Shown here: piece by piece, positions 44,618-63,900 of the stretch
Position numbering within the stretch: position 1 is the first letter of the stretch
How the letters are laid out: each line of letters starts with the position of its first letter
Assembly (NCBI GenBank): GCA_012295275.1
Contig: CM022678.1
Coordinates: forward strand, 16,988,001-17,052,000
Origin: Chrysomallon squamiferum
Lineage: Eukaryota > Animalia > Mollusca
Length of the DNA: 64,000 nucleotides
Direction of reading: 5' to 3'
Translations under genes and position numbers: made by a program
The notes under the pieces: generated by a model
Database searches by the model: none
Told to the model about the DNA's origin: nothing
What the model saw: the letters and a program-made list of their open reading frames with translations, nothing else

Positions 44618-45489
44618 GTACGATTTTACATTATTTGAAAACGTGATACAGTGAAAAAAAAAAACAGTTTGATATAGGAAAAGACATAAAAATTAAAATA
44701 AGTAATAATAAAACAAACAGCATTTACGTGTGAAAATATATCCTCGATATATATATACAACGAAATATATAACTGAAGGAAATTTTATTATTATTATAAT
44801 TTTTTTTTCTGGGTATCATATGTTGCTACTATAATAATTAAGTGTTTTATCTGCTCATTAATGATGTAATTTTCAAGAATCATCTCTACTGATATAATGT
44901 TAAAAAGTCTGCACACAAACACACACATACACACACACAGACATATAAACAGACACAAACAGGCACACAAAGGCATATATGAATTGACGCAGGTATACAC
45001 ATGTAAACAGACACACATACACATATTAAAATACGCACATACAAGCATGCATATACAAAGAAAACTTATAAATTTAAATATACATACAAATACACACACA
45101 GAGAAAGACAGAGAGAGGACGCGAGGCAGAGGGAGAGACAGTGAGGTAAAGAGAAGAGAGAGACAGAGTGAGATGAGAGATAAATATAAAGTGAGATCAG
45201 AGAGAGAGTCAAACTAGAGTGAGACAGAGACAGACAGAGAAACAAAGAGAGAGAAAGAGAGAGTTAGAGTGAGAGATATAAAGAGAGAGGTAAACAGATA
45301 GATAGACAGAGACAGAGAGAGAGAAAGAGAGAGGTAAGAGAGATATATAGAGAGAGAGAGAGAAAGAGTGAGATATATAAAATAGAGAGTGAGACAGAGA
45401 AAGTGTTAGAGACAGATATATAAAGACATAGAAGTTTAAAAAAAAAGAAATCTGAGAGAGATACACAGAGAGAGATTTCAAACTACAAA

Positions 45490-50330
<4,841 letters not shown>

Positions 50331-50839
50331 TTAAACTTACTTTTCCATATATTTCTATGACACACTTCTTCCTGTCTATGAGAAAGGAAGAAAATAATAA
50401 CAATATTTATTTGATTTTAATTTTTTTATTATAACAGCTGTATCCTTGCCAAACTACACAAGTTATTATTATTATTAGTTTAAAACAGAGAAAAAAAGGT
50501 TATCTGAATTTTTTGACGCAATACAAGATTAACACTTTTAGAGTTTTCATTAACTGAAAAATATTCTGTATTAAATCGATATGTAAATAAAAACAGTAAA
50601 ACACATTCCGTCAGATTTACACATGCAAATATTATTCAGTGTAAAAAGGAAATTTAAATATTTTACTTTCTGAGTTTCCAGCCTGAATATAAACATTCAT
50701 TTTGTTATGTTCTTTACAAAATTTAATTGTCTTGTATTATCAGTTGAAGATATTTAAAAATCAGTATACATATATATACTTTTTATAGTTCATTCATCAC
50801 TAAACACATTTTATTTAGATTTAATACAAGTGTCACAAA

Positions 50840-51318
50840 AATGTTTTAAAAGTTCTACTTTTTTGAAAATATAAAATGGCCTCAGTAGTTTACTTTTTAG
50901 TTTGCATGCATTAGTCATTTCATTCATTACAGGAGCAGCTATCTTAATTATAGAAATGTCTTCGTTCTTGTGGACTCAAAAAATCTTTCAGTTAACAATG
51001 GCCTTGCTTTCTTTTTGTTTCTCATCAGAAAAGTTTCAAATATCCCTCAATTCAGAAATTCAGAAACAAATTAATTCTTCTTTCTTTTTCTGTATTCCAA
51101 TGCAAGTAATGTATTTCTATTACTTTCTGTTTCTTTCTTTTATAATTATGGAAATATTGAGCTTCATAAAAAGAACAAAAAATGAGACTGCAAACTCATT
51201 TTCTATTTATTTATTTTTAATTTTGTCTTTCCTGTTTGCAGTCTGTTTCTGTTATATCACTCTCTCTGAAACGATGTTGAATGATAACAACCATTCTAAC
51301 AGAAGCTGATGAGTAAAA
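50840..51318 (-). pseudogene. Orphan terminal-exon and 3'-flank fragment of a further paralog
   Basis: 51245-51318 matches the last exon ([18 protein letters not shown]) but has no acceptor and no upstream exons. Confidence 0.6.
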
Positions 51319-51879
51319 CCTGCTGTTTTAAATGTTACAGGGGTTAATTTTTCCTCTAATAGCTCAAACAATTAACATAGATGTGAGTGTTTAAACCAGC
51401 TGTCGATGTACATAGCAGTAGAAAAGGCTACCGACTAACCGAGTTGAAAATGTTCGCCTACCTACCGCTATATATCCGGCATTGTTCGGTGGAGAGAACA
51501 AACTATACTTATGCGACTCATATAACCTCATTCTCACCTAGAATTAGTATACTATTCTTAAATCTAATTTGTTTTAATTATAATAAAGACATTTCCTCAA
51601 CATTTTTATACTAAACAATTTTCTCTCTGCTACTCAACAATAATATAAAATAAAGTGTAATCTAAAATCAAATTAAATTAAACAAAATTAATAAATGAAC
51701 TGAACTGAAATGAAATTAACAACTGAATTAAAATAAAATGAAGTAAATAGATATTAAATAAATATAAAGTAAAATAAATAAATGAAATTAAAGTAAAGTA
51801 AAATAAAACAGGTACATCTCTCTCTGTATATTAAGATTTCCCTTATCAGTAGAATATTTGGGAATCATGTGTTGAACAA

Positions 51880-52730
51880 AAATAATGAAACAATAATACA
51901 TTATGATGAAACTAACCAAATAATCAAACAACTCTAGATTGTTTTGAAATTAACAAAACTAATGAACAACTCTACAATGTTGTGAATCTAAGAACAATAG
52001 TTAAACCACTTTACATTGTAATGAAACTATCAAAAATATTGAAAACAATATGTTGTGATGGAACTAACAAAAATAATAAAACAACTCGAGATTGTGATGA
52101 AACTATCGGAAATAATGAAAACATGATACATTGTCATGAATCTAAGAAAAATAATGAAACATCTCTACATTGTGGTGAGACCAGCAACAATAATGGATCA
52201 ATTCTGCATTCTGATGAAAATAACAGAAACAATGAAACAACACTACACTGTGGTGATAATAACAACAATTCTCAAACAACTCTACGTTGTGTTGAAACTA
52301 ACACAAATAATCAGACAATTCTACGTTTTGATGTAACAAACAACAATAATGAAACATCTCTTCATTTTCATAAAACAAACAAAAATACTGAAACAACACT
52401 ACATTGTGATGCCTCCAACAAAAATAATGAAACAATGCTGCAATGCGATGAAACAAACCACAATAGTGAGACACCTCTTCATTGTGATGAAACTAAGGAA
52501 AGTAATGAACCAAGAATACATTGCGATGAACCTAACAACAGTTATCAAAGAGTTCTACCTTGTGGTTAAACTAACAACAATAATGAAACTATTATACATT
52601 GTGGTTAAACTAACAACAATAATGAAACAATTCTATATTGTTGTAAAACTAACAACAATAATGAAATAATTCTACATTGTGTGAAACTAACCAAAAATGA
52701 AACAACTGTACATTGTGACGAAACTAAATG
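51880..52730. repeat. 39-bp minisatellite (~20 units) downstream of gene E
   Basis: Consensus ~AATAATGAAACAACTCTACATTGTGATGAAACTAACAAC; 13-aa periodic ORF 51982-52569. Confidence 0.85.
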
Positions 52731-53279
52731 AAATATATCTCTAACTAGAATATTGTGGTATTTAAATATTGATTATATTCACTTACAACTAACAACAGAG
52801 AGTAGATTTGTTTTAGATATTATTAGGCCCGCCAGACGTCCAGCTTTTTCAAGTCTCTCCTCCGTTCTCAACTACTTCAAGCAGAACAATAATTTATCCT
52901 TATTTTTGAAACTGTCTAGAGAAAGAACACTTCTAATTATGTTTTCAACTTCATATGTTTCAACTGATTATTAAATCTGATAAGATAAAAATATATATCA
53001 CTAAAATGTTTTAAAGGTTCTGTCATTAAATAATGGCTTTTCATTTTTTTCTTTCCCATCACAATAGTTTCAAATATTAAAGAATTTAGAAATTCAGTAA
53101 CAAATTGTTTCCTTTCATTCTGTATTCCAATACAAGTTATGTATTCATATTACTTTCTGTTTCTTTCCAATGAAGACACTTTCTCCTTCATAATTCCTGA
53201 CAGCTGGATTATGGAAATATTCAGCTTCATAAAAAGAACAAAAATTGAGACTGCAAATTCCCCTTTTATTTACTCTGTT

Positions 53280-53484
53280 TTAATTTACTTTTTGTTGGCA
53301 GTCAGTTTCTATTACATCACCTGTCTCTGAAATGATGTTGAATGATAACAACCATTCTAGTAGAAGCTGATGAATCAAATTGTACTGCATCTGTAATGAA
53401 ATATCATTAGTGTAAATAACCAGACTATAAAAACACAACAACAACAAAAAAAAAAACCGAAAAACTACCTCAACCAGATAAAAA

Positions 53485-53565
<81 letters not shown>

Positions 53566-54662
53566 TTAATAATAATAATAATAACAACAACAAGAACAAG
53601 ACTAAACACAATAATAATAATGATTTTATTTACAGTTACGTCGACAGCAAACTTTCCAAAAAAATATGTAACTATTTATAAAAAGTAGATTATCCAAAAT
53701 ACCCACAAAATTTTGCACCATTTGAGTTCGTTGTTTTCTTAAACGTGACACACAACCAACTACATCAAGTCTTCCTCTGCTCAGTGCCTGATCAAGAAGA
53801 TAATCTATAGCTATGAAAGTACCTGTCCTTCCAACGCCATCACTGGAATCAAAATAATTTCGACAACAACAAGAGTAAAATAAAAAAAGAAAAACGAAAA
53901 GGTAGACGTAAACAAAGATTAGGAACATTTGAAAATAATTGCTGATAAATAATTTGCATTGTTTTATTGTTTAGAAAATTAACATAGAATTGTCTAGCTC
54001 CAAGGACGAACTGAAAATGTTAATTATTATTTAATATTTTGTAATAAAAAAACACTAAATATATATATATATATATATTTACAAACATAACAACTAGCAA
54101 TTTGTTCATTTTACTCCAACTGTTGTACGGAATTTGCATTGCCATAAAACATTGACTAAGGAGAAATGAACTTTTCCAAATTACTGTTATTCTTTATCTT
54201 ATCTTTTTTTTTTCTTTCTTTGTATGGTTGGCTGTATAATTATTAATTCATTCATTTCATCATTCATATGTTCATTAACACTTTTATTTGTTTACTTAAT
54301 TGTTTCTTTCTTTCATTCGTTATTTCTTCCTTTCCTTTCTTATTTAATTATTTCTTCGTTTTTTTTTTTATTTTATTTAATTACATTTGTTTAATATTAA
54401 CTAAATTAGTACACTACTACACCTGCAGTGAACTAGTAAAGGATGATCATTCCCTCTATTTCTGAGCCCCCTCACAAACAGGATAAAATCAAGCAATGCA
54501 CGTGCATTGTTTGGCATTTGTTTGTCCATCCAGTCCATATAGTGTAGTTGTGTCACAGTTCTTGTCAATTCCGGGTTACTTGTCTTAATTTATAGATAAA
54601 CAAATATATAAATATATAAATAAGAACAATAATTCAATTTAGATATATGTATGTATATGTGT

Positions 54663-54740
<78 letters not shown>

Positions 54741-55075
54741 ATTTACAGTCCAATAAATAAACAAACTTACTCATGGATAAAAAACTAAATATGAACAAAC
54801 CTTAGAAAGATTAAAAATCCTGGATGTGTATGTTGGATGAAGTTCAAGGTGTTTCAATTCGATCATCAAATCTTCATACGTCTTACTCTTAGTTTCCGAT
54901 TCTGGCCAGTAAAGTGAACATTTCGACTGTAAGAGATATTACTAAACAGAATTGTTCCACTCTTCTTGAAGTGATATACAAAGATATAAACAGTACATGA
55001 TTGTTCTTTTTTATTTATGTTTCAAAATCTATCTATCTATCTATCTACATATTTATCTATCTATGAGAGAGAGTC

Positions 55076-55145
<70 letters not shown>

Positions 55146-55346
55146 AACAAACCTCGTTGTTTTCAACTAAATCTGTGAGCATTATGATATGAGTAGAGTT
55201 CACCTCCCAAACCATTCTCCAGAAATCAGCTGCTGTCTTTTCTGTAGGACCTTGTGCTGCAATGTACCACTTTGATGTGTGATAACCCTGAATTGAATTT
55301 AATATTATTAATAAATTAAAAAAATATATAAATATAAATATACATG

Positions 55347-55395
<49 letters not shown>

Positions 55396-55404
55396 ATGAA
55401 TGTC

Positions 55405-55440
<36 letters not shown>

Positions 55441-56091
55441 AGTAAATGAATAAACATAGCTGGAAGTCAGTATGTGTGTGAGTATGTTTATGTATGAATT
55501 TGTATATGTGGTTTATTACATATGTATTTGTCAATAAATAAATAAATAAAATAAATAAATAAATACATAAATACATAAAAAAAAAATAAACTTACGTTAA
55601 TAAAACTTGCGTTGATATAATCTGAAGCTGGGATTCCAGGAATTAACTGAAGCGTCACTCTGTTGTAATCATCTTTTCAAATAATTAAAAAATAATAATA
55701 ATAAAGGGATAAATTCTTAAGATAGAATTTGAATTAGAATCAATTAATATATAAATAGATTCCAGAAGAAACCAAATTTTCTTTTAATTTTGTTCTGAGT
55801 TATCTCAAAGAAGACAAAATAAGAAATGAAGAAATATATATTTTTTTAAAGTGGCATAATAAGCAGAATATGTTATCACTTTTACGGGTAGTCAAAAAGA
55901 GTTTACGGATTTCGGACAAACAACAACAACAACAGGAATAACTATATTAAACGAAGAACAAGAACAAGAGATAGAGAAAAAATAACGATATTATATTCAC
56001 ATTTATACTTACATGGTTTTGTATTACTGTATCTATTTTTAGGAACATTTTCTAACTTGTCTGCTATGTCGGTAGAATATAAACCTATTTT
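53280..56091 (-). CDS. Gene E PTP domain exons
   Basis: [51 protein letters not shown]; frames open. Confidence 0.85.
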
Positions 56092-56360
56092 TTGTAGAAA
56101 CTGAAAAAGGAACCATATTTAATTGTACTATGTGTACGCATCAGTTATGTGTGTATGTGATTATGCAGAATATATAAAAGTTCAATTCTGTACGTCAAAT
56201 GACAAATTATATACAATATTAATTGTAAAACGATAATAAGTAAACAAATATGTAAATTAATTAGTAATAAAATGCATTGGTTTTAAAGAGAAATGTTACC
56301 AAATAATTATAAAATTAATAACCATCAGTAATTAGTCAGTCAATGAATTGCAACAAGAAC

Positions 56361-56406
<46 letters not shown>

Positions 56407-56539
56407 CAACAACAACAATAATAATAATAATAATAACAAGAAGAAGAAGAAGAACAACAACAACAACAACAGTTATTTAAGAAAAAGGAATAAAATAAAA
56501 AAGATGTAGAGAAAAAGTGAAAGAAACTTAAGTCATTAC

Positions 56540-56943
56540 CTGAAATTCTTGATGGAAACCTTTCATAAGATTCATATTGTACACATATGTGTCAAACTGT
56601 TTAATATCAACACTTTCATCTTGCTCGCAGTATAGAAACGGCACGGCATCATCCGTGTTGTTTGCATCGTTGGATGGTAGACGTTGGTAATGGGGTATTT
56701 CACAGAAAATCTCGTTTTCGATTTTGCATTCTTCAGCCTCGATCTGGGGCACATTTGAAAACATTCCTGTGCTATTTTCGCGACTTAATATCATACAATC
56801 ATCTATGTATTCATAACGATGACTTTCATTATCATCGTCATTTTCATCTGTAGTTTGTGATTGAAAGAAGTCGATCACTATGTCATGATCCGCAGCTGAA
56901 GCAGGAGATGTGTTGCCAATGCGACGAAATCTATTCGTAGGAT
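56540..56943 (-). CDS. Gene E acidic Tyr-motif cytoplasmic exon
   Basis: ORF 56528-56959; YEYIDD, ends GFHQEFQ; acceptor position uncertain. Confidence 0.7.
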
Positions 56944-57046
56944 CTAATAACATAGTCATCAGTAAACCAGCGGATCAATCAATCAGACAATCAAACAATC
57001 AATCTACATATCAATAAATCATTCAATCAAACAGCGAATCAATCAA

Positions 57047-57116
<70 letters not shown>

Positions 57117-57198
57117 CCAATCATTACCTTTTGTTATGTCTTAATATACGTGTTTTCCTTCTACTTCTTCTTTTGATTTTACTACATTTTACTATATT

Positions 57199-57245
<47 letters not shown>

Positions 57246-57904
57246 TTTTGTTTTATTTATTTATTTTGTTTTATTTTAGTATTTTTCTTTATTTATTTTG
57301 TTTTATTTATTTATTTTGTTTTATTTTTTTATTTATTTTTTTTTCATTTTTCATGGGTTTTTCGTTTTTTTGTTTTTTTTTTCTTCGCGTTACTGTTGCT
57401 ATCACCATCATTAAATTGTAATTAATTAAATTAGAGAACCTGGTTGCACGTGAGGTATCTCGTTAACACGATATCGAGTTAAGCCTTCCATACGTCGTTG
57501 AGCACGTTGCTGTTTCTTTCTTGACTTTTTCTTCATTTTTCTAGATACAGAATGTAAAATATTAATTTATATTAACAATGTTATGAATGTTATTGCTATT
57601 ATTGTCATTACAGCACTAAAGGAATTTTCATTGTTATGTTCACATTGTTGTTATTGTTCTCACTAATACTGTACTCAAAATATACATATAATAATAACAA
57701 CAACAATACAAATAATATTAGTAATAATAATAATAATAACAATAATAACAAAAATAAAAATAATGATAAGAATAATAACAACAACAAAAATAATAAAAAC
57801 AATAATATTAATAACAACAACAAATATAATAATAGTAATAATACTAATAACAACAACAAAAATAATAATAATTGTAAGAATAACAATTGTAAATAAATAA
57901 ATAC

Positions 57905-58004
57905 CTGGAACTAAAACAAACCGCTAAAGAAATCGACAACAAAATCGAAAAAATTATCACTCCGAAAATAATTGTCAACCAGACGCCATAGGTCGAGAAA
58001 TTCA
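57905..58004 (-). CDS. Gene E transmembrane exon
   Basis: [28 protein letters not shown]. Confidence 0.78.
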
Positions 58005-58059
58005 CTGAAAAAAATAATGTTTTAGTTAAAATATCAAGTATTACACTGTCACGTATATA

Positions 58060-58450
58060 GCGAACCAATAAGAAAATAACTATAACAATAGTTAACCAAT
58101 CAGAAATTAATTATAACAGTTAACTAGTCAGAAAATAGCTATCACAATAGCTAACAATCAGAAAATAGCAATCACAATAGTTAACCAAACACAAAACATC
58201 AATCACAATAGTTAACTAATCACAAAATAGCTATCACAATAGTTAACCAATCAAAAAGTTGTTATCGCCATAGTTAACTAATGCAATATGAAAACGCAAT
58301 AGATAACCAATTAGAAAGATGTTATGAAAATAGTTAAACAATCGCATTATAATAATGCAAAATGGATATCCAATCAGAACTTCGTTATCAGAACGAGGAC
58401 ACACAATTACCAACCAATCAAATTAGAGAAACATATTAAGTAACCAATCA
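58060..58450. repeat. ~31-bp degenerate minisatellite (TCACAATAGTTAACCAATCAGAAAATAGCTA)
   Basis: Direct inspection; homologous arrays at 2570-2680, 17660-17745 and 37635-37935. Confidence 0.75.
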
Positions 58451-58504
58451 CTAATAACGACAATAGGAGCAGAAAACAGTCATCAGAAGAAATTTCACTT
58501 TATT

Positions 58505-58682
<178 letters not shown>

Positions 58683-58694
58683 ACTAATACTTAC

Positions 58695-59891
58695 ATTCGT
58701 TGTGCCTACCATATGAGGACAAAATACAGTTGTCATTAGCATCACATACAGCGCAGTTGTCACTGCATCGATTTGAGCACGTCGGACCATAGAACGACGT
58801 TACACATCCGTCTACACACGTTCTGTTGTTTTGATCACATACACTTCCGAGACAGTTAGCGGGGCATGAATTGTTGCAGTAGATACCATGGTAACCGGAA
58901 ATACATCCATGAAGACATCGCCCTGAAACCTGATGACATGATCCTTTACAATTCCTAAGACATGATTTGTTGCAGTAGATACCATGGTAACCAGAGAGAC
59001 AGCCATGAAGACATCGTCCTGAAAGCTGATCACATGATCCTTTACAATTCCTGGGACAGAAATCGCTGCAGTGTTCTCCCTTTCTTCCGCTGTCACAAAC
59101 CGCCCTGCACACAACGTAATCGGAAATATTTCCACACCGAACACTTCGACATCCCGAGCTACACGAATAGTTGCAGAATGTCCCATACGTAACAGGGCCG
59201 TAGCATCCATTCTTACAATTCCCGGTTTTACGATCACACGTAGAATTCAGACAACGATAAGGGCAGGCTTTGTCACAGCGGTCTCCGTAATATTTACCAG
59301 AAACGCAGCCATCCGTACACGATCCGTTTTTCCTATTACAAACCCGATGTAGACAGTTTGCGCTGCATTTTTTGAGCAGTTCATTCCGAAAAACCCATCT
59401 TTGCAAACTTGAGAGCATTGCCCGTTTTTACTACAGGAATTTGTTAGACAGTTATTTGAACAACGAAGCTGACAAAATTTACCCCAAAATCCTTCGACGC
59501 ATTGTACACACTCTCCTGTCTGTTTGTTGCAGACTTTGTCTATACATCGCAAAGGACACTCTTCTTCGCACTTTGGACCAAAAAACCCAGAAAAACAGGA
59601 CACCGATGCAGAAGCCTTTTTCGTCGTTGTTATTACAATGAGAATGCTGCTGACAACGTGGTCCGTAGAATCCAGAAGGACAACGTTCACAATCTCCCGT
59701 CCAACGGAGACATCTTCTGTTCAAGCAACTGTCACTGCATTTCTTTTCACAGTGTTTGCCATGCGTTTTGTTATTAAGACAAAATATGTTACATTTTTCT
59801 TTGTAAGTTTGTGAAATTTTTGTTTCTTTGGCAGAACAGGAATAACACGTGTGGTCATCACCATAGTAATAACCCTCAGAACATCCCTCAT
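58695..59891 (-). CDS. Gene E EGF-like repeat exon (two opposing frameshifts)
   Basis: Cys-rich ORFs 59479-59724, 59247-59690 and 58684-59418 tile the exon. Confidence 0.85.
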
Positions 59892-60382
59892 CTAAAAATT
59901 GAATTACTCGTATTAATTTACAGAGAATTGGTAGGGTGTAATATGTGCAATTTTAGCCCATTTACAGAACTTAAAAGAGAAATAGAGAACATAAACTCAA
60001 GGTTTGGGTGCAAGCGTAAATGAAATTAGTTATATTAACTTGCTGAAAAAAAAAAAAATGATGTGAATGAAAAAAGAAAAATCATTATTTTGTTTTAACA
60101 TAAATAAAAAATGTTCAAGTTTTTATGACTTTATTATACGTGATCTGTGTTTCTTATCATGTATATGTCCGCTAGTGGATGTATTCATGAAACCTTGTTT
60201 TATAATAGATATATAATCCGCCTAATATATGTTGCATGCTGGTGTACATGTCAATGTAATCTTTCTTAATATATCTTGCAACCTGTGTATACCTCCTGCT
60301 GAATTTAAAACCTATTTTGCCCAATTCATAGGTTTCCTATATTTGCAATCGCGAGTATCTATCCTGTTCCTCTTGACTTTAC

Positions 60383-60490
60383 CTGTACAAACTTTACAAG
60401 TCTTCATACAGTCCATTTCGTTTTCCTGCGCGCAGTTTTCTGGAGAACATAGATATGACTTGTTTTTGCATGTGAAATTCTTAACCGAAA
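60383..60490 (-). CDS. Gene E ShK-like exon
   Basis: VSVKNFTCKNKSYLCSPENCAQENEMDCMKTCKVCT. Confidence 0.7.
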
Positions 60491-60696
60491 CTGAAAAAGT
60501 TGAAAAGAAATACATTATATGAAGCAGTATTCATGATGTCAAATATATATATTATTTTTTTCTAATATATATTCTTTTGTCAAATATATATATTATTCTT
60601 AAGTAAAACCAACATTTTTGAAAAAAATATTATATCAAGAACTATTCATTATGTAAAGACATGCATGCATACATACATACATACATACATACATGA

Positions 60697-60727
<31 letters not shown>

Positions 60728-61402
60728 AATGCATACATCCATAAACACATACATAGAAACATAATATTAGTACATTTTTATACATACAAATATACATAAA
60801 TATATACATCTGAACAATGATGTACCAGACATGTATACACATTCGTATACATAAATACAATCATAAGAACATTGTTTTGGTCATAAAATTATTTTCTGAG
60901 TAATGTCTACTGATTTATTTATTTATTAATTTATTTATTTGTTAGCTTTCTTACGGTTGTTATTGTTGTTCTCATTTATAAACATTTTGTTTTTTTGTTA
61001 TTGTTGTTGTAGTTGCTTTGTTGTATCTTCACTCACACATCACGAACGTAGGACGTTGATATCTGTGTCTTAGTTCTGAGAGATAATCTTTAGAACAATG
61101 CTTGGCAACCATCTTTCAAACCGTGAATAGTTGAAACGCCCATCAAACACACAACTAATTTAAGAATTCAAGGATTAAACGTAAATCACATTTATTAAAA
61201 AATAATTAAAAGTTTAAAGAATTATTCATCAAAGTTTAATGATTGAAAATTGAGACTTCCTCCGTTCTGTCACTCTACTGGGAGAACATGATAGTCGCTA
61301 TTAATTTTAGGAACATGTCAGTTATTGTTGGTAGCTGGTTGTGCCATTATTGAAATATTACTGGTGTCAAATTAGAACACTTATTTAAGCTCGACAAACC
61401 GC

Positions 61403-61814
61403 CAGTGTCGGATTTAGCTACAAGCTAAACGACTATAGCTTAGTGCCTCTAAATCTGCATGTGGCCTTGAGAAGACCCCAGACTGGGTTTTAATCTCCTT
61501 TTTTAATTAGTACTTATACCGTCGTTGTGCATCATTCCGTCCGTCGCGCTGCCTACAGCATAACGACCGCTGTACGGATAATGGAATTAGCAGACGCAAA
61601 ATCATGTTGTTTTGTTTTTTATCGCTAAATATACCATGTGTCATCCCAGGAATAATTTGTTTTTCACTTTGCTGTTAAATAATTAAAACGCATATAAATA
61701 TTCAAAGTTGCAGTTGCTGAAATTTAAAAAAGAAAAGAGAAAAGAAAAATAATAAAGAGGATTATCAGGGCTGTAATAGAGCGTAGGGCCTCAGCAAGTC
61801 TAAATTCGACTCTG
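61403..61814. mobile_element. Possible old MITE (hAT-like CAG termini) in intron 1
   Basis: Imperfect inverted repeat CAGTGTCGGATTTAG ... CTAAATTCGACTCTG; no convincing TSD. Confidence 0.35.
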
Positions 61815-62633
61815 CAGCAAGCGATCTACCAGAGAAGACCAATCAACCACCACAGTCAGTTAAACGTCTACTGATGTCCCTAAAGACAAGGTTAACGACC
61901 TCTGCTTTTGAGCAAAACTTTACGTTATATATGTGTGACGTCACGGCTATAAAAAATAAAAACAGCTCCCAGATAGTTTCAAACTGTACTCACTGTTATT
62001 ACTTAACTCGGGGAGTGGGACATTTATAGATTTATTACATTTATTATTATTTTTATTACTGTGTTAAGTAACAAATGAAAAAAATTATATTTGATACACT
62101 ACTTGAAATTCAAAACGCAAATTTTTATGCAGTGTGCACAGAAAAGATCTGCTTTCTAAAAGTTGCTTTAATCTCCATAACTTTCCGTCCGCATGAATCG
62201 GGTATCTCAGTGTTCTTGTAATTTCGTAAGCGAGAAAGTTATTCGAGTTTTCAGTATCTGTTTTTCTATACGTTACACCATTTTAACATGTTAAATACTT
62301 TAGACGAAGAAAACGAAAACGAAACACAAAATACTTAAACGTTTCGATAAATTCTAGAACGAATGTCGTTTTTGGTCGCTCCGGCCCCCAGCTATAGTTT
62401 TTGTTTCCTTGTAGCTCATAGCAATAGATAATGTTTAAAAATAAACAAGTTTTTCATATTTCTACTATGACTCATGATCGTTTCAAGCCGGAAATATTTA
62501 CCTCACTCGAGATGAGGTCACGGGTACAGGAATATAGACATAACCTATATATTTTTAAACTGGACCTGTTGCTGATAATCATGATTAACCACCAAGACTC
62601 AAACACATTTTTAAACAATTCAAACACACTTAC

Positions 62634-62676
62634 CTGTTTGTGATAAAACAAACAGTACAATTATTACCGGAGACAT
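62634..62676 (-). CDS. Gene E signal-peptide exon
   Basis: MSPVIIVLFVLSQT then G|gtaagt; in-frame upstream ATG (MTEVILR). Confidence 0.7.
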
Positions 62677-63169
62677 TCTTAATATAACTTCCGTCATTAT
62701 GAATCGGGTATCTCAATGTCGTTGTAAATTCGTGAGCGAGCAAGCTCGAGTATCCAGTGTCTGTTCTTCTATACGTAACACACTACCTTAACATGTTAAA
62801 TAGTTTTGAAGAAAGAAGAAACAAAAATATTCTACAATGTCCTGTCGTTTGTGTTCTTTTCGTACCTATCTATAGTTTCAATTTCCTTGTAGGTCATGGT
62901 ATAAAAATAGACAGTTTCACAATGACGCGTATCTATATTTAGAATAGAAATCGTAGTACACTGGAAATACTTCGTTTCCATGTACGTACCAATGTATATG
63001 TATTGATACACACACTCATACATACGTACACACTTACATGATCATAAGGACTTATTAGGTATAAAGACTATATAATATAAACGATATAATTTATTTCATA
63101 ACGCAAATTAATAAATTATAAATAATTAATTGCAGCCATCTAGCAACTATAATTTAAAAGTAAAACCCG

Positions 63170-63490
63170 CCGTGTCAAATGTTACAGGGATTTACTTTTC
63201 CTGTAATAGTTCAAGCCATCAACATAATGTGAGAGTTTAATCCAGCTGTCCATGTATATAACAGTAAATAAGGCTACCGACTAACCGAGATGAAAATGTT
63301 CGCCTACCTATCGCTATGTATCCGGCAATTTTGGGTGGAGAGAACAAACTATACTTAACCGACTCATATAACCTCATTCTCACCTAGAATTAGTATACTA
63401 TTCTTAAATCCAATTTATTTTAATTATAATAAAGAAATTTCCTGAACATTTTTACACTAAAAATCCAGATTTTTCTCTCTGCTACTGAAA
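63170..63490. repeat. ~320-bp dispersed repeat
   Basis: Also at ~26950-27270 and ~51325-51635, with partial copies at ~46000, ~47600 and ~49190. Confidence 0.65.
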
Positions 63491-63834
63491 AATAATATAA
63501 ATTAAAGTGTAATTAAAATCAAATTAAATTAAACAAAATTAATAAATGAACTGAAATCAAATGAAATTAATAAGTGTATAAGACAAGTATTTTATTGTAA
63601 AATCTAATTTATTTTAATAATAAAAAAAATTACTCAATATTTTTGCACTAAAAATACAGATTTTTCTCTGTGCTGTAGAGAAACCATTAAATTATTTTCA
63701 TTTATAATATAAATGCTGAAATCGCATTTAAGTTATTTTCGAATTTTATGGATTATTTATTTCTTTGTTGTTTATTTATCATCATTATGAGCAACATAAT
63801 TTTATTTATTTATTTTTATTATAATTTCTATATC

Positions 63835-63900
<66 letters not shown>

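Noticed and set aside
51880-52730. CRISPR-like periodicity
   Set aside because: Contiguous degenerate tandem units with no unique spacers, no cas genes, and a eukaryotic context.
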